Virus record (IMG/VR): IMGVR_UViG_3300024268_000040
DNA: 64,000 bases
Strand: one strand, 5' to 3'
Source: a virus
Lineage: Duplodnaviria > Heunggongvirae > Uroviricota > Caudoviricetes
Positions 19,129 through 29,560 of this stretch are shown piece by piece. The notes beneath the pieces are model-generated. The model was given only the letters and a program-made list of their open reading frames with translations. It had not been told where the DNA came from and did not search any database. The position numbers and the translations under genes were made by a program. Within the stretch, counting starts at the first letter, position 1, and each line of letters starts with the position of its first letter.

Positions 19129-21503
19129 TGGGAGATATACTTCAAACACCTATTATCGAAGAAGTGGAACAAAGCTTCATTGATTATAGTATGAGCGTTA
19201 TTACCGATCGTGCGATCCCCTCCGCAGAAGACGGTTTGAAACCTGTTGCTCGTCGTATCCTTTGGGATATGTTCGACAAAGGTTATATGAATAATAAAAA
19301 GTTTGTCAAGTGCGCGCAGCCGGTTGGCGATACGATGGGTCGCTTTCATCCGCACGGCGATAGCTCCATTTATGGCGCACTTGTATGGTTATCTCAACCT
19401 TGGAATATGAGATATCCTCTCATTACATTCCACGGTAATAATGGTAGCCGAGATGGATATGAGCCTGCTGCATATCGTTATACAGAGTGTAAGTTATCCA
19501 AAGCTGGTGAAGAAATGCTTGCTGACATCAAAAAGAACACTGTTGATTGGCGGTTAGCATATACTGATGTTGAGGACGAGCCTACATATCTCCCTGGTCG
19601 CATCCCCAATTTGATTGTCAATGGTACTTCCGGTATTGCCGTTGCAATGGCTTGTAGCTTTGCACCGCACAATATGAATGAGGTTATGGATGCAGCTTGC
19701 CATGTTTTGAATAACCCTAATTGCGATGTAAAAGACATTTTGAACTTCATCGCAGGACCCGATTTCCCAACCGGTGGCACAATCATTAACAAGGATGAGT
19801 TGCCCGCTGCATATCTGACTGGTAAGGGTCGTGCTCGTATTAGGGGTGAATATGTAGTCGAGTCTTTTAAATCTGGCGACCGTATTGTTTTCACCTCAAT
19901 TCCTTATAAGGTTTCCAAAAAAGACCTAATTGAGGATATTGACAAACTCTGTGAAGAAGGTAAAATTGAAGGTATTGTATCTATTCGTGATGAGAGTAAT
20001 AAAGATGGTGTGCGTTTTGTAATCGAATGCGCCAAAGGTGTATCTACTGAGCCCATTATCGCAAAACTCTTTAAACTCTCTCGCTTAGAGGACACATATA
20101 GCTTCAACCAGGTTGCTCTAGTAGATAAGAAGCCTCGTCTATTGAATATGAAGCAACTTTTGGAAATCTATATTGACCACCAGAAGGATGTTCTGTTGAG
20201 AAAAACTAAATATGAGGCTGATAAGATTGCCGACCGCATTCATATCTTAGAAGGCTTATTGAAGGCTTTAGAAGATATTGATAATGTGATTGCACTTATC
20301 AAGGGTTCAGAGAATGCGGCAGCCGCTAAGGTGGTACTCATGGCTAAGTACGGCCTGTCTGAGGCCCAGGCTAAGGCGATCTTAGACATGAAATTAGCTA
20401 AATTAGCTAAGTTAGAAAAAATTGAGATTGAGAATGAGAAAGCTGAATTAGAAATTGAATTAGCCAGATTGAATACTATCTTGGCTAATCCTGTACCAGA
20501 GCTGGAAAATATTTTCAAATCTCTGAAAAAGACATATGGTGATGCTCGTCGTTCAACCATCACTCAAGTCGCAACCACCAAGGAAGAAAAAGAAATTGAG
20601 TTTGTTGAGCCGGAGAAGTGCGTTGTCATTATGACAGAAGGCGGTCTCGTCAAGAGAATCTCTGCAACGAGCTTCCGCACCCAGAAGAGAAATGGAAAGG
20701 GCGTAAAAACCCAGGATGATATTACTCATGCAGTAATTCGTACCAATACTATTGACTCTCTGATGATTTTCTCTGACAAGGGTAAGATGTATCGTCTACT
20801 TGTCAATGATGTTCCAGTAGGAACAAATGTAAGCAAGGGTACTTCCATCAAGTCACTTATCAATATGGATATGGACGAACAACCTGCGGTCATGTACTCT
20901 ATCTATCGTGATACTGATGCCGCATATGTTTTATTCGTAACTAAAAATGGATTAGTCAAGAAAACTTTTTTGGAAGAGTATATCAAGACTAAGAAAAAGA
21001 CTGGAATTGCAGCTATTACTATCAAAGATGGAGATGAGCTGGCCGCAGTTTCTCTCGTCAAAGACGAACAATTGATTTTGGTTACCAAGAATGGTATGGC
21101 TATTCGTTTCGATTCTAAGGAAGTAAGTCCTACCTCTCGTGCGACTTCTGGTGTAAAGGGTATTAATCTTGCTGAGGATGATACCATCGTAGCCGCATTG
21201 CCCGTACGCAACCAAGAGGACAAGTTGGCAATTTTCGCTTATGGTGGAATGGCAAAGAAAATTCCTCTTAGTGAGCTGCCTCTCCAAAAGAGAGCAGGTA
21301 AGGGCCTAATGTGCTATAAGCCTACTGATTCTACAGGTGATGTGAGTGCGGCCACCCTAGTTGAAGATACTGATAGTGTCTTAATTTTGGGTGATAAGAG
21401 CAGCATCTGTATTGAAGCTGCTGAAATCCCGCTATTAAGTCGTCCTTCTGTGGGTAATTTAGTTATTAAAAATAGTAAAATCTTATCTGTAAGCAAGGTA
21501 TGA
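19128..21503 (+). CDS. Type IIA DNA topoisomerase DNA-cleavage subunit (GyrA/ParC/T4 gp52-like), 791 aa, TAG-free.
   Basis: AIPSAEDGLKPVARRILW and the active-site region AAYRYTECKLS. Confidence 0.9.
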   Translation: MGDILQTPIIEEVEQSFIDYSMSVITDRAIPSAEDGLKPVARRILWDMFDKGYMNNKKFVKCAQPVGDTMGRFHPHGDSSIYGALVWLSQPWNMRYPLITFHGNNGSRDGYEPAAYRYTECKLSKAGEEMLADIKKNTVDWRLAYTDVEDEPTYLPGRIPNLIVNGTSGIAVAMACSFAPHNMNEVMDAACHVLNNPNCDVKDILNFIAGPDFPTGGTIINKDELPAAYLTGKGRARIRGEYVVESFKSGDRIVFTSIPYKVSKKDLIEDIDKLCEEGKIEGIVSIRDESNKDGVRFVIECAKGVSTEPIIAKLFKLSRLEDTYSFNQVALVDKKPRLLNMKQLLEIYIDHQKDVLLRKTKYEADKIADRIHILEGLLKALEDIDNVIALIKGSENAAAAKVVLMAKYGLSEAQAKAILDMKLAKLAKLEKIEIENEKAELEIELARLNTILANPVPELENIFKSLKKTYGDARRSTITQVATTKEEKEIEFVEPEKCVVIMTEGGLVKRISATSFRTQKRNGKGVKTQDDITHAVIRTNTIDSLMIFSDKGKMYRLLVNDVPVGTNVSKGTSIKSLINMDMDEQPAVMYSIYRDTDAAYVLFVTKNGLVKKTFLEEYIKTKKKTGIAAITIKDGDELAAVSLVKDEQLILVTKNGMAIRFDSKEVSPTSRATSGVKGINLAEDDTIVAALPVRNQEDKLAIFAYGGMAKKIPLSELPLQKRAGKGLMCYKPTDSTGDVSAATLVEDTDSVLILGDKSSICIEAAEIPLLSRPSVGNLVIKNSKILSVSKV

Positions 21504-21688
21504 AAACTATTTATTTGAGATTCAATATGCCTAAAGTAGAGTCGGGACTAGAAATGTCTCGACTCTATGAGTGGTTTGGCGAACAGAATGATTGTATTCT
21601 AAAAATGAGCCACACTACTTTCAATTATTTACTGAAAAGACTCAATATCAATCCAGATAGCCGAATACTAACTTTTGATGAACCATAG
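21500..21688 (+). CDS. Hypothetical small protein.
   Basis: 62-aa ORF with ATGA overlap to topoA. Confidence 0.25.
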   Translation: MKTIYLRFNMPKVESGLEMSRLYEWFGEQNDCILKMSHTTFNYLLKRLNINPDSRILTFDEP

Positions 21689-21768
21689 TTCGTGTTTGGG
21701 TATAGAGTAATTATAGACGAAGACATAAGATTTCTATATATTGACGTCTATGATTTCTATGAGTTGAC

Positions 21769-21797
21769 AAAATGAAAAAAATTTTCTATAATATATA
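21769..21797 (+). promoter_or_regulatory. Promoter TTGACA-17-TATAAT.
   Basis: ttgaca aaatgaaaaaaattttc tataat upstream of ligA. Confidence 0.5.
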
Positions 21798-21816
21798 TGT
21801 AATTGAGGAGAAATAA

Positions 21817-23808
21817 ATGGATTGTATTTATGATAAAATTCGTTTTTTAGTACGATATTTAAATGATTGTACTAAAGCCTACGATGAAGGAAATCCAAAA
21901 ATTACAGACGAAGAATGGGATAATAAATATTTTGAGTTGAAATCTTTAGAAGAAGAAACAGGATTAGTTTTATCTAATTCTCCTACTCAAACTATTACTT
22001 ATGAAGTTGTAAATGCTTTATCCAAAAGCGAACATAATCATAAGATGTTATCTCTTGATAAAACCAAATCTCTTGATGAAGTTGCTTCCTTTGTTGGAAA
22101 CAAAGAAATCTTGGCGATGCTAAAAATGGATGGTTTGACCTGTTCCTTGATGTATCGTGATGGAGAATTGGTGTCTGCGGAAACCCGAGGTAACGGTCTT
22201 GTAGGCGAGAACATTCTGCATAATGCACGAGTGCTTCCGTCCGTTCCGTCAAGAATCCCCTATAAGGGCGATTTAGTCATTGATGGCGAGATTATTTGCA
22301 CCTATACTAATTTCGAGCAATTCAGTAATGACTATAAAAATCCTCGAAATTTTGCCGCAGGAAGTATTCGTCTTTTGGACGCTAAGGAGTGCGCCCGCCG
22401 CAATCTAACTTTTGTTGTATGGGATATTATTACCCCTATGTATTTCGACAATGGAAATGAGTACAAACTAAATCAAAAACTTGATTATGTTGGTGCTTTT
22501 GGATTTACTCCAGTTCCATATGTCGGATTACCGGCAAAAGACGCAGATGGTTTTGCTATTTCACTTGATGATGTAGTAGACCATTTGACCGAACAAGCCA
22601 AACAGCTCGGTTATCCGATCGATGGTGCGGTGTTTAAGTTCAATGATTGTGAATATGGTCGCTCTCTTGGTGAAACCGGGCATCATTTCAAAAATGCATT
22701 AGCATACAAATTCTACGATGAAACCTATACTACACGACTTTTGGATATTGAATGGACTATGGGTAGGACCGGAGTCCTTACGCCTGTCGCTGTCTTTGAG
22801 CCAATCGACGTAGATGGCTCTACCGTAGAAAGAGCAAGCCTACACAATATTAATATTATGGATGAAATTTTCGGACCAATGGGAGCATTTAGGTTCCAAG
22901 AGATCGAAGTTTTCAAGGCGAATATGATTATTCCGCAGGTTAAATCTGCTAATCTAAATTGTTGTAGATATGAAGAATATTTACTTCGCATTCCAAAAGT
23001 ATGTCCTGTGTGCGGTGGTGAGGTAAGAGCAAGAGTTACTCTTGATTCTATAATGCTCATATGTGCTAATCCAAGCTGTGATGGTAAACTAATCAATCGT
23101 CTTGATCATTTCTGCGGTAAAAAAGGTCTTGACATTAAGGGTATTTCTAAAGCTACTTTAGAAAAACTGATTGATTGGGGTTGGTTAGATAGTAATGCTG
23201 GTATTTTTGAATTAGCTCAATACAAGGATGAATGGGTCAAAAAGCCTGGATTTGGTATCAAATCCGTCGAGAAGGTTTTGGATGCTATTAGTGCCAGTAG
23301 TGAATGTGAGTTACGTCAATTCATCGCTGCTCTCGGCATTCCGCTGATTGGATCAACGGCATCTAAAGATTTAGCTAAACACTTCAAGGATTGGCAGAGT
23401 TTCATGCAGGCTGTGGAGAGTAAGTTCCCGTTCTATGAACTGCCTAACTTTGGAGCTGAGATGCATTCCAGTATTCTCCATTTCGATTATAGTGAAGCAA
23501 TATTTATTGCTAATAACTATATTCATTTCAAATCAATTGCGGAAGTCGCAGATCCGTCCGCTGGAGCGGATCTAACTGGTAAAGTTTTTGTAATTACTGG
23601 AAAACTCACTCATTTCAAGAATCGTGATGAAATCAAGGCACGAATTGAGGCTCTTGGGGGAAAAGTGACTGGATCTGTTTCCAAGAACACTAATTACCTC
23701 ATCAATAATGATGTGAATTCAACTTCCTCCAAGAACACGACCGCCAAGTCGTTGGGGATTCCAATCCTGTCCGAAGATGACTTCATTCAGACTTTTGGAA
23801 TCATGTAA
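21817..23808 (+). CDS. ligA: NAD-dependent DNA ligase.
   Basis: KxDG adenylation motif (LKMDGLTCSL). Cys4 zinc finger (CPVCGGEV...CANPSC). HhH region and a C-terminal BRCT domain. Confidence 0.9.
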   Translation: MDCIYDKIRFLVRYLNDCTKAYDEGNPKITDEEWDNKYFELKSLEEETGLVLSNSPTQTITYEVVNALSKSEHNHKMLSLDKTKSLDEVASFVGNKEILAMLKMDGLTCSLMYRDGELVSAETRGNGLVGENILHNARVLPSVPSRIPYKGDLVIDGEIICTYTNFEQFSNDYKNPRNFAAGSIRLLDAKECARRNLTFVVWDIITPMYFDNGNEYKLNQKLDYVGAFGFTPVPYVGLPAKDADGFAISLDDVVDHLTEQAKQLGYPIDGAVFKFNDCEYGRSLGETGHHFKNALAYKFYDETYTTRLLDIEWTMGRTGVLTPVAVFEPIDVDGSTVERASLHNINIMDEIFGPMGAFRFQEIEVFKANMIIPQVKSANLNCCRYEEYLLRIPKVCPVCGGEVRARVTLDSIMLICANPSCDGKLINRLDHFCGKKGLDIKGISKATLEKLIDWGWLDSNAGIFELAQYKDEWVKKPGFGIKSVEKVLDAISASSECELRQFIAALGIPLIGSTASKDLAKHFKDWQSFMQAVESKFPFYELPNFGAEMHSSILHFDYSEAIFIANNYIHFKSIAEVADPSAGADLTGKVFVITGKLTHFKNRDEIKARIEALGGKVTGSVSKNTNYLINNDVNSTSSKNTTAKSLGIPILSEDDFIQTFGIM

Positions 23809-23811
23809 TTG

Positions 23812-23840
23812 ACAAAAAGAAAAAAATTTTGTATAATAAA
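23812..23840 (+). promoter_or_regulatory. Promoter TTGACA-17-TATAAT.
   Basis: ttgaca aaaagaaaaaaattttg tataat. Confidence 0.5.
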
Positions 23841-23870
23841 ATCGTAAAGATTAAGGATGAAAATTTTCTG

Positions 23871-24062
23871 ATGAAACAAAAGGAAATCAAGAACCTCGCT
23901 CAGAAGATCGCTAAGTATGAGCGTATCATCCAAACCAGCGATGATAAAAAATAGGTTCGACAAGCAGAAGAAGAAATTATGAAGTTGTCTAGTAGTGTTA
24001 GTAGTCTGGAAGACATGGTCGCTATTGACGAACTCGTAATGGAAATGCTTGAAAAAAATTGA
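23871..24062 (+). CDS. Small coiled-coil protein with one TAG (23952), stop TGA.
   Basis: 63 codons, frame checked base by base. Confidence 0.35.
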
Positions 24063-24071
24063 AAAAATTTC

Positions 24072-24100
24072 TTGACAAAAGAAAAATTTTTTGATATAAT
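24072..24100 (+). promoter_or_regulatory. Promoter TTGACA-17-TATAAT.
   Basis: ttgaca aaagaaaaattttttga tataat. Confidence 0.5.
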
Positions 24101-24167
24101 ATTTACATAACCGAAGAGGTTAGAAAAAAATCCAAACAAAAAAATTTTTAGAAAGAGGTATTTTATT

Positions 24168-24443
24168 ATGGCTATGAAGGAAAATTCTAAGAGAGTTCTG
24201 AATTATTTGAAGGAGATCAACGGCGAGAATGTTACCGCTGCTGACGTTGCTGCTACCCTGGGTCTGGAGAAGCGTTCTGTTGACGGTATCTTCACCAGCG
24301 CTATTCAGCGCAAGGGCTTGGGTGTTCGTACCCCCGCTGAGATCGAGCTGGAGGATGGCACTCACAAGCAGGTCAAGTTCCTGTCTCTGACTCCTGCAGG
24401 CATGGCTTTCGATCCTGACGCAACTGAAGAAGCTGCTGAGTAA
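24168..24443 (+). CDS. Small GC-rich hypothetical protein, possibly a winged-helix DNA binder.
   Basis: 91 aa, no TAG, followed by a strong terminator. Codon usage differs from neighbours. Confidence 0.45.
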   Translation: MAMKENSKRVLNYLKEINGENVTAADVAATLGLEKRSVDGIFTSAIQRKGLGVRTPAEIELEDGTHKQVKFLSLTPAGMAFDPDATEEAAE

Positions 24444-24458
24444 TTTTGACATATACTA

Positions 24459-24497
24459 AGGGGTAAGATTGAAATATATCTTACCCCATTTTTTCCA
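24459..24497 (+). terminator. Rho-independent terminator.
   Basis: ggggtaagat-tgaaat-atcttacccc hairpin plus T6. Confidence 0.6.
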
Positions 24498-24502
24498 TCA
24501 TT

Positions 24503-25492
24503 ATGGAATGGTTGATTTTACTCGCCTCTGTGCTCGTTGCTGCCGGATTAGGCGGCTTTATCACATATCGACTGTTTAGATAGCGGCTATTTGCCGTCCA
24601 GGAGTTCGACAAGTCGATTGCTATGAAAAACGAGCAATTAAGAGAAGAAAATAAGATTTTAGAAGAGAATAATCAAGATTTATTCAATCAAAATGATTAT
24701 CTAAAATCTGAAAAAATCAAGCTGGATATTCAAAACCAATCTGCTAAAGAGTAGTTGGAGAGCCTCAATGGCAGTATCTCAGCTATGGAAAAGTAGGCTC
24801 AAGAGGCCGCTGAACTATTCTATGCGTCTCGTATGTAGGCTGCATAGGAGAAACTCGCGCAATCACTTCAAGAAGAAAACCAAAAATATCAAGATAATAT
24901 AATTGGTTTTTAGACTGAATATGATAAAACTGTTGCTGATATGTTAGAAGCTTTTCAAGAGTTATCTGATAATGTAGCTGTTATGCGAGCTACAAATGAC
25001 GCCGCAGTTGCCGCAGCCAAGAGAGCCGCTGAAATGAAAGATTAGTAGGCTTTTTATCGCATTTAGTTATCTGACGCAGATATTCACGAAATTGAATTAT
25101 TGCGATAGGTTGAACCCTATTTGCGAGATAAGGAGCCTTTGAATAAAGTCATATGGAAATGCTATTACGAAAAACCAACCACCGACCTTATTGGTCGAGT
25201 AATTGGTACAGGAGTAAAAACTGGAATTTATAAAATTACAGAAATTGAAACTGGTAAATGCTATGTTGGTTAGGCTGCTAATTTAGCAGACCGTTGGAAA
25301 TAGCATATTAAGCGTGGTGTAGGCGCAGAAACGCCAACCCGCAACAAACTCTATCCTGCAATGATTGCGGCCGGCCCAGAGAATTTCACTTTTGAGGTCG
25401 TCGAAATCTGCGATCGCTCTGCGCTCGATGCGCGTGAGGACTACTGGCAGGATTATTTCAAGGCGAAAGAATTTGGATACAGTATAAAGTAA
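24503..25492 (+). CDS. Membrane-anchored coiled-coil protein with a C-terminal GIY-YIG nuclease domain; 12 in-frame TAG codons in 330.
   Basis: N-terminal TM MEWLILLASVLVAAGLGGFI, then a long coiled coil, then GIYKITEIETGKCYVG-Q-AANLADRWK-Q-HIKRG...ENFTFEVVEICD...ARE.YW. The TAGs fall where the two other phage GIY-YIG proteins have Gln (YIGQS, RWRQH). Ends at TAA 25490. Confidence 0.7.
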
Positions 25493-25503
25493 GGAGAATA
25501 ATT

Positions 25504-25782
25504 ATGTATAGAATTATTGATAGTCGTGGCTCCGGTAAGACCAGTAGATTGATGCTCTTGGCAAAAGAAACTGGTGCGAAAATCGCTTGTAGTAATCCTT
25601 CTGCTATGCGTCAAAAAGCATATGCATATGGCATTACTGGAATTGATTTTATTCCATATAGCGACCTCTTCAATGGTGCTATCGACCCCGAAGATAAGGT
25701 TATGATTGACGAGATTGAAATTTTCGTTAGAGAATATATTGACGGACGCCTTACTGGATATACTCTGTCAGAGGATGATTGA
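25504..25782 (+). CDS. Small P-loop protein (GSGKTS), function unknown.
   Basis: 92-aa ORF with a Walker-A-like motif. Confidence 0.4.
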   Translation: MYRIIDSRGSGKTSRLMLLAKETGAKIACSNPSAMRQKAYAYGITGIDFIPYSDLFNGAIDPEDKVMIDEIEIFVREYIDGRLTGYTLSEDD

Positions 25783-25783
25783 T

Positions 25784-26674
25784 ATGACAAAAGCAGATAA
25801 ATATATGTATCATATGATTGTAGAAATTATGCGTTATGGATATAAGGATATTAATCCTCGTCCTAAGTACGCAGACGGCACTCCCGCGCATACAATTTCT
25901 GTCAATCACACTTTTCGTAAATACGATTTGAGTAACGGAGAATTTCCGATCTGTACCCTCCGTCCGCAGGCTTGGAAAACTGGTATCAAAGAAATTTTTA
26001 CCATTTACTAGAAGCCAACCAATGATATCGCAACTATGCACGAAATGGGTGTGACTTGGTGGGATGAGTGGGACATCGGCGACGGCACTATCGGTCAGCG
26101 CTATGGTGCTACTGTAAGTCGTTATGACCTTATTAATAATCTTATCAAAGATATTGAGAAAGACCCATATGGTCGTCGCAAAATTGTAAGCCTATGGCAG
26201 GAACAGGATTTACATGAGACTCCTGGCCTCGCCCCATGTGCCTTCCTTACCATTTGGAATGTGCGTGGCGAATATCTTGATATGATGCTGGTTCAGCGTA
26301 GTGGTGATATGCTTACTGCTTCTGGTCCAGGAGGTATCAACGAAATTCAGTATGCGGCATTGCTGATGATGATTGCGCGACACACAGGTTATAAGCCCGG
26401 TGTATTTAGCCATGTCGTTGCAAACGAGCAGATTTACGATCGTCATATGGATGCCGCTAAAGAGATGATGGCGCGTTACAGCGCTCGTGATCTCGAAGAA
26501 CAATATGCTTGGGATGAAGGTTATCAAGATAATACTAATGCTGAAATTTTCCAGCGTCCACGCATGGACCTCAATCCCGCAAAAACCAATTTCTACGATA
26601 TGACTATCGAAGATTTTGAATTGACTGGTTATCATCCCACCAAACCTCAACTGAAACTGGAGCTGGGTATATGA
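25784..26674 (+). CDS. thyA: Thymidylate synthase ThyA with one in-frame TAG (26009).
   Basis: SD gagga before ATG 25784. Listed ORFs 25706 and 26036 share a frame. EIFTIY-Q-KPTNDI aligns with E. coli ELLWFL-Q-GDTNIA. Catalytic LAPCAF (PCHA-like) motif. Confidence 0.9.
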
Positions 26675-27165
26675 TTTCAGCAATTGTTGCAGTTGATAAT
26701 AATTGGGGGATTGGATATAAAGGGGAACTCTTGGAGCATTTACCTCCCGATATGAAGTATTTCAAAGAGCTTACTACTAGCCATGTTGTAGTAATGGGCC
26801 GTAAAACCTGGGATTCCCTACCCAATAAACCACTCAAAGATAGACTCAATCTTGTTATTACTTCTGGTGAGCGCCAATATGCAGAAATGACTTGTTTTAT
26901 TGGAATGGCTGAAGCAATGGCTCGTCTCGCTCATGTTGAAGATGATGAAGAATGGTTTATCATTGGTGGTGGCTCTATTTACGAGCAACTACTTCCTTTG
27001 TGTGACCGTGTTTATGTAACAAAAATTCTAAAAGACCATAAAGATGTAGATACCTATTTCCCAAATTTGGATAAAGATCCTAAATGGGAGGTCAGCACTT
27101 GTACTGAACTAAGAGAATACAAGGATATTTACTATGCATTTCTGACTTATGACAGAATTAGTTGA
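26671..27165 (+). CDS. folA: Dihydrofolate reductase.
   Basis: ISAIVAVDNNWGIG...VVMGRKTW...LVITS motifs. ATGA overlap with thyA. Confidence 0.9.
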   Translation: MISAIVAVDNNWGIGYKGELLEHLPPDMKYFKELTTSHVVVMGRKTWDSLPNKPLKDRLNLVITSGERQYAEMTCFIGMAEAMARLAHVEDDEEWFIIGGGSIYEQLLPLCDRVYVTKILKDHKDVDTYFPNLDKDPKWEVSTCTELREYKDIYYAFLTYDRIS

Positions 27166-27166
27166 T

Positions 27167-27195
27167 TTTTTGAAATAAATTTGTTATAATATATA
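27167..27195 (+). promoter_or_regulatory. Promoter TTGATT-17-TATAAT.
   Basis: ttgatt ttttgaaataaatttgt tataat. Confidence 0.45.
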
Positions 27196-27233
27196 TACAA
27201 GGTAAAAATAAAGAAAGTGAGTTATGAAAAATA

Positions 27234-27596
27234 ATGAGCAAGAAACAAGAATTTATTAAATATGTCAATGAGTTGATGTACTATACGCGCAAGATGGATG
27301 CGCCCGTTATGAATGAAGAAGCAGAACTCTATTGGAATGCCTTCTGCGGCCTGGGCGAAGATGGCGAGAAGCCTATGTTTACCGATAATGGTAAGCTGAT
27401 TATGGTATTCTTGCAGGAGCACCAGGACACTCCTATGTGGAAAGCAAGAGATATTGCCGAAGGACTGTTTATTAGTTCTCGTGCAGTATCCGGTGCGATG
27501 CGTAAACTGGTTACTGATGGCTTCGTTGAGAAGGTCGGCCAGGACCCGGTCATTTATTCACTGACTGAAAATGGAAAGAATATTACTATTGAATAA
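27234..27596 (+). CDS. Winged-helix (MarR-like) DNA-binding protein.
   Basis: C-terminal ARDIAEGLFISSRAVSGAMRKLVTDGFVEK...YSLTENG reads as an HTH followed by a wing. Confidence 0.5.
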   Translation: MSKKQEFIKYVNELMYYTRKMDAPVMNEEAELYWNAFCGLGEDGEKPMFTDNGKLIMVFLQEHQDTPMWKARDIAEGLFISSRAVSGAMRKLVTDGFVEKVGQDPVIYSLTENGKNITIE

Positions 27597-27611
27597 GGAG
27601 ATTTTTGTATA

Positions 27612-28553
27612 ATGAAAAAGACTATGATCAATCAATCCCACATTGAAGGAATTTTATACGAGCACAGCCTGGAGGCCAAGGTTTCTGGCGATACTTCCAA
27701 GAACCCCGGCACTCCCTTCATCACTGGTACTATCAGCATCGCAACTGATGATGCTATGACTAACATTGTGCCCGTTCATTTCACTTATGTGACTGCTACT
27801 TTTGGCTCTGGTAAGCCTAACGATACTTACACCACTCTGAATAACATCGTGAATGGTACTTTCGGTACTTACATGAAGGATGGCGCCGATAAGGCTGTCA
27901 AGCTTCGTGTTGACTCTGCTTTGGGTCTGAACGAGTTCTATACTGACCGCAACGGTAAGGAAGAGCTGGTTTCCGCTAAGCGCAACGAGGGTGGTTTCGT
28001 TCATAAGGTTGATACTTTGGACGAAGACGAGAAGGTTCGTAACACCTTCAAGGCTGATATGGTTATCACCACTGCTACTTTGGTAGAGGGCGATCCCGAG
28101 AAGAATACTGTTGACAAGGTAATTGTCAAGGGTGCTATTTTCGACTTCCGTAAGAGCCTGCTTCCCGTTGAGTTCAGCGCTACTAATAAGAACGCTATGA
28201 ACTACTTCCTTGGTCTGGGAGCTTCCATTAAGAACCCTGTTTTCACCTGCGTATGGGGTCGTCAGGTATCTGAGACCATCGTTCGCCAGATCGTAACTGA
28301 GTCTGCTTTCGGTGAGGACGAAGTTCGTGAAGTAAAGAACACTCGTCGTGATTTCGTTATCACTGGCGCCGCTAAGGAGCCTTATGTATGGGATGACGAG
28401 GGCTCTATCACTGCTGCTGAGCTGAATGAAGCTATCCAGAAGCGTGAGGTTGATTTGGCTGCAATGAAGCAGCGTCAGGATGAGTACCGTGCTTCTAAGA
28501 ACCGTATCACTCCTGCCAATGCAGCTCCCGCACAGGGCGGATTCAATTTCTAA
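27612..28553 (+). CDS. Hypothetical protein, possibly the ssDNA-binding partner of the Sak4-like ATPase.
   Basis: 313 aa. GC-rich, TAG-free. The N-terminal beta-rich region has an OB-fold-like pattern. Sits directly upstream of the Sak4-like gene. No strong motif. Confidence 0.3.
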   Translation: MKKTMINQSHIEGILYEHSLEAKVSGDTSKNPGTPFITGTISIATDDAMTNIVPVHFTYVTATFGSGKPNDTYTTLNNIVNGTFGTYMKDGADKAVKLRVDSALGLNEFYTDRNGKEELVSAKRNEGGFVHKVDTLDEDEKVRNTFKADMVITTATLVEGDPEKNTVDKVIVKGAIFDFRKSLLPVEFSATNKNAMNYFLGLGASIKNPVFTCVWGRQVSETIVRQIVTESAFGEDEVREVKNTRRDFVITGAAKEPYVWDDEGSITAAELNEAIQKREVDLAAMKQRQDEYRASKNRITPANAAPAQGGFNF

Positions 28554-28579
28554 TTTGAATCCAAGAGGAGGACATAAAC

Positions 28580-29551
28580 ATGGCAATTGATTTGTTGGCT
28601 TTACAGCCTCATAAAGTTTCTCGTGACCTTAGTGGTTACATCACATATATCTACGGCGCTCCTAAGTGCGGCAAGACCACTCTTGCCGCCCAGATGGAGA
28701 AGCCTTTGCTTCTCGCCTTCGAGCCTGGTTACCACGCTCTGCCTGGCGTAATGGCACAGGATGTTACTTCCTGGGCTGAAATGAAGCAGGTTTATCGTCA
28801 GTTGAAAATGCCTGAGGTCCAGGCTATGTATCGTTGTGTTATTATCGACACTATCGACATCGCTGCTGACCGTTGCAAGAAGTATATCTGCAATCAGAAT
28901 GGTATCGAGGACTTGGGCGATCTGGGTTATGGTAAGGGTTGGACCAAGTTTAAAGAAGAGTTCAACGAAGTCTTCCGTGGTTTGACTCAGCTCGGCTATG
29001 CTGTGTTCTTTATCGGGCACGAAAAGCTGGAAGTTGTCGACAATCCCGATGGCACTAAGACTACTAAGATTCGTCCTCAGTTGAGCAACTCCACCAAGAC
29101 TGTTATCGCTGGTATGGCTGACATTTATGGTTATGCCCACCAGAAGGCAGCTGGTGAGATGTCTGTTCTGACTCTGCGTGATGGTTCCGGTATCATTGAG
29201 TGCGGCTGCCGCTTCAAGTATATGCCCGTTGAAATTGTTATGAGTTACAAGAACCTCGTCAATGCTTTGAATGAAGCTATTGATAAGGAAGCTGAGGAGA
29301 CTAATAATATGTTCGTTACTAACGAGCGCATTGTGGCTCCTACTGAGATATCTTATGACTATGATGCTCTGATGGCTGAATTCCAGGATCTGGTAGGCCA
29401 GTTGATGAGCCGTGGCACTACCAACGGCCCCAAGATTACTGCTATTGTTGAGAAGTATCTGGGTAAGGGCAAGAAGGTTAGCGACACCATTCCTGAGCAG
29501 GCTGAATTCGTAAGTCTGATCGTAAGCGACATCAAAGCTGACCTCATGTAA
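28580..29551 (+). CDS. Sak4-like RecA-fold ATPase (AAA_24 family), putative recombination/annealing protein.
   Basis: YITYIYGAPKCGKTTLA Walker A, ...CVIIDTID Walker B, FFIGHEK. Confidence 0.7.
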   Translation: MAIDLLALQPHKVSRDLSGYITYIYGAPKCGKTTLAAQMEKPLLLAFEPGYHALPGVMAQDVTSWAEMKQVYRQLKMPEVQAMYRCVIIDTIDIAADRCKKYICNQNGIEDLGDLGYGKGWTKFKEEFNEVFRGLTQLGYAVFFIGHEKLEVVDNPDGTKTTKIRPQLSNSTKTVIAGMADIYGYAHQKAAGEMSVLTLRDGSGIIECGCRFKYMPVEIVMSYKNLVNALNEAIDKEAEETNNMFVTNERIVAPTEISYDYDALMAEFQDLVGQLMSRGTTNGPKITAIVEKYLGKGKKVSDTIPEQAEFVSLIVSDIKADLM

Positions 29552-29560
29552 GAATTTGTA

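Noticed and set aside
24780-25330. Cluster of in-frame TAGs read as a degraded pseudogene
   Set aside because: The TAG-as-Gln translation restores a complete GIY-YIG motif set with Gln at the two canonical Gln positions. The gene ends cleanly at TAA.
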